Part shown: positions 7,098 through 10,066 of the stretch, piece by piece
Numbering within the stretch: the stretch's first letter is position 1
How the letters are laid out: every line of letters begins with the position of its first letter
Assembly (NCBI GenBank): GCA_041492755.1
Contig: JBGPXN010000170.1
Location: forward strand, 1 to 10,066
Source: Candidatus Methylomirabilia bacterium
GTDB taxonomy: Bacteria; Methylomirabilota; Methylomirabilia; Rokubacteriales; CSP1-6
Direction of reading: 5' to 3'
Length of the DNA: 10,066 nucleotides
The notes under the pieces: model-generated
Databases searched by the model: none
The model's input: the letters and a program-made list of their open reading frames with translations, nothing else
What the model was told of the DNA's origin: nothing
Translations under genes and position numbers: made by a program

Positions 7098-8930
7098 ATG
7101 TGCGGTATTGTGGGGTACGTTGGTCAACGGGAGGCGACGTCTTTGATTCTGGACGGCCTCCGACGGCTCGAATATCGGGGCTATGACTCGGCCGGCTTGG
7201 CCGTCGTGAACGGTGACGGCATCGAGGTGCGGCGCCGCCCCGGCAAGCTTTCGGCGCTCGAGATGGTCGTCCAAAACCACCCCACCTCCGGGACCACCGG
7301 ACTCGGCCATACGCGGTGGGCGACTCACGGCCGGCCGTCGGAGCAGAATGCTCATCCACATGCCGACTGCAGCCGGTCGCTCGTCGTGGTTCACAACGGG
7401 ATCATCGAGAACTACTCGGGCCTCAAAGACCGGCTGCTGGCGGCCGGCCACCACTTTTCGTCGGAGACCGACACCGAGGTCATCGCGCATCTCATCGAAA
7501 GCTACTTCAAAGGAGATCTTCTGGCCGCGGTGCGAGCGGCCCTCCGCGACGTGCGCGGCGCCTACGCGGTCGGCGTCCTCTCGGCGCACCAGCCCCACAC
7601 GCTGATCGCGGCCAAGCACGGGGCCGGAGCCGTCGTCATCGGTCTGGGCGAGGGAGAGACGTACCTGGCGTCCGACGTTGCGGCCCTGTTGCCCCACACG
7701 CGTGACGTCGTCGTGCTCGAGGACGACGAAATCGCGGTGCTCACCCCCGGCGAGTGCCGGATCAGCAGCCTCGACGGCGGCACCGTCGAGCGCACTCCGT
7801 CGCGCATCGAATGGAACCCGGAGGCGGTGGACAAGGCCGGCTTCGCCCACTTCATGCTCAAGGAAATCCACGAACAGCCACGGGCGGTGCGCGACACCAT
7901 CGACGGACGACTCGACGACAAGCAGGGCAGTGCCTTGCTGCCTGACGCCCGGCTCGATCCCAGGCTGGTCGAGCGCCTGCGCCGCGTGGTCCTGGTCGCC
8001 TGCGGCACCTCCTATCACGCGGCTCTGGTGGGGCGGTACATGTTCGAGAAGCTGGCCGGGCTGCCGGCCGAGGTCGATCTCGCGTCCGAGTTCCGTTACC
8101 GCCCGCTCTTCCTCGGACCGGACACGCTCGTCATCGCCGTCTCGCAATCCGGCGAGACGGCCGACACCCTGGGGGCGGTCGCGACCGCCCGCGCCGCCGG
8201 GGCGTCCGTCCTCGGTATCACGAACGTCGTCGGATCCGCGCTCGCGCGGGAGTCGAGCGGCGTGCTCTACACGAAGGCGGGCCCGGAGATCGGCGTGGCC
8301 TCCACCAAGACGTTCACCTCGACGGTGGTGGCCTGCTACCTCGCCGCGCTGGCCCTCGGTCGGCTGCGCGGATATCTGTCGGTCGTCGATGGGTGGAAGC
8401 TCATCGACTCGCTCCTCGAGGTCCCGGACCTCATGAAGGAGACGGTCCAGAGGAACGACGCCGTGCGCGAAGTCGCGCAGGCTCTGGTCAACGCGCCGAG
8501 CTTCCTCTATCTGGGTCGAGGCGTCCAGCATCCGGTCGCCCTCGAGGGCGCCCTGAAGCTCAAGGAGCTCTCGTACATCCACGCGGAAGGGTACGCCGCC
8601 GGCGAGATGAAGCACGGTCCCATCGCGCTCATCGACGGGAACATGCCCGTCGTTGCCATCGCCTTGCGGGATGCGTCGTACGACCGGATGGTGTCGAACA
8701 TCGAAGAGGTCCGCGCCCGGGAAGGACAGGTGATCGCGGTGTGTCACGACGGGGATGCCGAGATCGCGCGGCGGGCGCGCTACGTCCTGCCCGTCCCTCC
8801 CTGCATCGACCTCCTGGCCCCGCTGCTGAGCGTGTTGCCTCTCCAGCTCCTCGCCTACGAGATCGCCGCGCTGCGGAAGTGCGACATCGACCAGCCTCGA
8901 AACCTCGCCAAGAGCGTCACCGTCGAGTGA
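7098..8930 (+). CDS. glmS: Glutamine-fructose-6-phosphate transaminase (isomerizing), 610 aa
   Basis: MCGIVG (Ntn Cys), LEYRGYDSAG, GHTRWATHG, HNGIIEN, SQSGETADT, EGALKLKE, KHGP, PRNLAKSVTVE; GGAGG SD at 7084-7088; start is ATG 7098, not 6840. Confidence 0.99.
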   Translation: MCGIVGYVGQREATSLILDGLRRLEYRGYDSAGLAVVNGDGIEVRRRPGKLSALEMVVQNHPTSGTTGLGHTRWATHGRPSEQNAHPHADCSRSLVVVHNGIIENYSGLKDRLLAAGHHFSSETDTEVIAHLIESYFKGDLLAAVRAALRDVRGAYAVGVLSAHQPHTLIAAKHGAGAVVIGLGEGETYLASDVAALLPHTRDVVVLEDDEIAVLTPGECRISSLDGGTVERTPSRIEWNPEAVDKAGFAHFMLKEIHEQPRAVRDTIDGRLDDKQGSALLPDARLDPRLVERLRRVVLVACGTSYHAALVGRYMFEKLAGLPAEVDLASEFRYRPLFLGPDTLVIAVSQSGETADTLGAVATARAAGASVLGITNVVGSALARESSGVLYTKAGPEIGVASTKTFTSTVVACYLAALALGRLRGYLSVVDGWKLIDSLLEVPDLMKETVQRNDAVREVAQALVNAPSFLYLGRGVQHPVALEGALKLKELSYIHAEGYAAGEMKHGPIALIDGNMPVVAIALRDASYDRMVSNIEEVRAREGQVIAVCHDGDAEIARRARYVLPVPPCIDLLAPLLSVLPLQLLAYEIAALRKCDIDQPRNLAKSVTVE

Positions 8931-9046
8931 GGACAGCCTTCGGCTGGACGCCGTCGACGCCGCTCGACGTGGGGTTGGGCCGGACGCTCACCGAGCTCGC
9001 ACGCTCCCTCGGCCGAGAAGCAACGCGAACGCTGACGGCCGGATGA
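8927..9046 (+). pseudogene. C-terminal remnant of an NAD-dependent epimerase/dehydratase (39 codons)
   Basis: GTG overlapping the glmS stop (GTGA), then RTAFGWTPSTPLDVGLGRTL, matching the LGWxPxxxLxxGLxxT C-terminal signature of extended-SDR sugar epimerases; stop 9044-9046. Confidence 0.65.
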
Positions 9047-9053
9047 GCGCGAG

Positions 9054-9176
9054 ACTCAGAGGGTGTGAGGAAATTCGAGGCGCGCCACGGGGGGTCGAGG
9101 GGCACCACGGCTTTGCCGCGGTGCCCCGAGCGTGGGGGGGTATGGGGGGCCATGTCGGGGCCCCCCATGTACTCAG
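9054..9176. repeat. REP/MITE-like element with two GC-rich hairpins
   Basis: Stem GGGGCACCACGGC-TTT-GCCGCGGTGCCCC (9099-9127, one mismatch); perfect stem ATGGGGGGCC-N7-GGCCCCCCAT (9142-9168); ACTCAG at 9054-9059 and 9171-9176; second partial copy at 122-149. Confidence 0.8.
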
Positions 9177-10066
9177 TGGAGTCGAATCGGATAGCTGGCC
9201 TCCAACTCGATCGAGATGATGTCCCGCGTGACGTCCTGCTGTCGGGTGGCCCGTTGCAGGCTGAAGCGGTAGCGTCCGACCGCGTTGATGTATCGCGTGA
9301 GTTGATAGGTCGCGCTCGCCTCGACCGCGGTGCCGCGAGTCTTGGTTGTGCCGAGGGTCGCCTCGCTGGTGGTCGAGGTGAGGGCCAGCAGGAGGGAGCG
9401 TTGAGGTCGATAGGTCGTGGTGGTCGTCAAGCTTTGCGTCTCGGCGAGCCCTTGCTGACCGGCAAACGCCCGCTGAGTCCGGGTGTAGGCGATGATCCAA
9501 TCGCCGTTCCGCAGCCGATGCGACAGCAAGGCTCGCGCCTCGACGTCGAGACCGTCATCGCTCAAGCGCGGCCCCGCCTCGAGGCTGGCCGTCCACGTCT
9601 GGGATAGCCGCCGCGTCCAGGCTCCGGTGATCGCATGACTCGTCGAGACCTGTCCGTCGCTAGTCGAGACCTGGCCGGCGCTAGTCGACACCTGGCCGGG
9701 GCCCGTCGAGACCTGGCCGGCGCCATCGGTATAGCGGAGACTGTACGCTGCGGACAATGTATCGACCTTGGTGGGTGCGCCGCTGATACGGAGGCTCGCC
9801 TCTTGGGCAACGGTGACGACGTTGAAGCCCTCCACGCGTGTGACGCTGTAGCTCATGCTGCCGTCGAGCCCTCGCGCGAACCGGTAGCCCAGGGCCGCCG
9901 AGACGCCCAGGCTGGTCGTCGTGCTCCGGCCCTGCTCGATGGCCAGGTCGGGATTCAGCTCCTGCGGCGTCTCGGTCAGGTCGAAGCTCCCGCCGAGCCG
10001 AAGCGTCAGGCGGCGCTCGAAGTTGTACTGGAAGTCCACCGCGGCATGAGCGCTGGCGAGCTTCTC
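9173..10066 (-). CDS. Outer-membrane beta-barrel protein, possibly polysaccharide-export associated (5' partial)
   Basis: Frame open to the window edge; amphipathic beta-strand pattern (LGVSAALGYRF, TLSAAYSLRY, AVEASATYQLT, AVGRYRFSLQ, ISIELEASYP); Ser/Thr/Tyr-rich; stop TGA 9173-9175. Confidence 0.75.
   Translation of the reverse strand, partial: EKLASAHAAVDFQYNFERRLTLRLGGSFDLTETPQELNPDLAIEQGRSTTTSLGVSAALGYRFARGLDGSMSYSVTRVEGFNVVTVAQEASLRISGAPTKVDTLSAAYSLRYTDGAGQVSTGPGQVSTSAGQVSTSDGQVSTSHAITGAWTRRLSQTWTASLEAGPRLSDDGLDVEARALLSHRLRNGDWIIAYTRTQRAFAGQQGLAETQSLTTTTTYRPQRSLLLALTSTTSEATLGTTKTRGTAVEASATYQLTRYINAVGRYRFSLQRATRQQDVTRDIISIELEASYPIRLH
9642..9725. repeat. Intragenic tandem repeat, 4 x 21 bp, encoding (xxGQVST)4
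   Basis: Units GTCGAGACCTGTCCGTCGCTA / GTCGAGACCTGGCCGGCGCTA / GTCGACACCTGGCCGGGGCCC / GTCGAGACCTGGCCGGCGCCA. Confidence 0.92.

Noticed and set aside
7068..8747. 559-aa minus-strand ORF
   Set aside because: Antisense shadow of glmS
8880..9060. Tn7-like insertion at attTn7
   Set aside because: No Tn7 terminal sequence or tns genes visible downstream of glmS
8917..9168. 83-aa ORF starting MGGPDMAPHTPP
   Set aside because: Translation of the repeat element; the same MGGPDMA peptide appears at the other copy near 120-143
9642..9725. CRISPR array
   Set aside because: Units are contiguous 21-mers without unique spacers, in frame within a CDS, and no cas genes are present

Overview
Very GC-rich bacterial window with two parts. 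The left part (150-5853, minus strand) is a tightly packed housekeeping/DNA-repair operon: rimO-pgpA-cinA(pncC)-thpR-recA-pilT-like ATPase-recX. recA has its own sigma70-type promoter next to a palindrome plus tandem-repeat candidate operator. The right part (5874-10066) looks like an eroded polysaccharide/cell-envelope locus. It holds an intact glmS behind a sigma54 (-24/-12) promoter, three short gene remnants (LVIVD-repeat protein tail, glycosyltransferase-like tail, NAD-dependent epimerase tail) and a 5'-partial outer-membrane beta-barrel gene with a 4x21-bp in-frame repeat. A hairpin-rich REP/MITE-like element abuts the stop codons of two minus-strand genes (about 90-149 and 9054-9176). 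The most unusual observations are: three operon genes with no canonical start codon at the expected position (two have ATA-G/GTA-G overlaps with the upstream TAG stop); an AT-rich synonymous-codon patch in recA spanning a known intein insertion site; and the candidate recA operator. GC content, gene content and the repeat suggest Ca. Rokubacteria/Methylomirabilota, but this is inference from memory, not verified. Bases 1-95 look like low-quality contig-end sequence.
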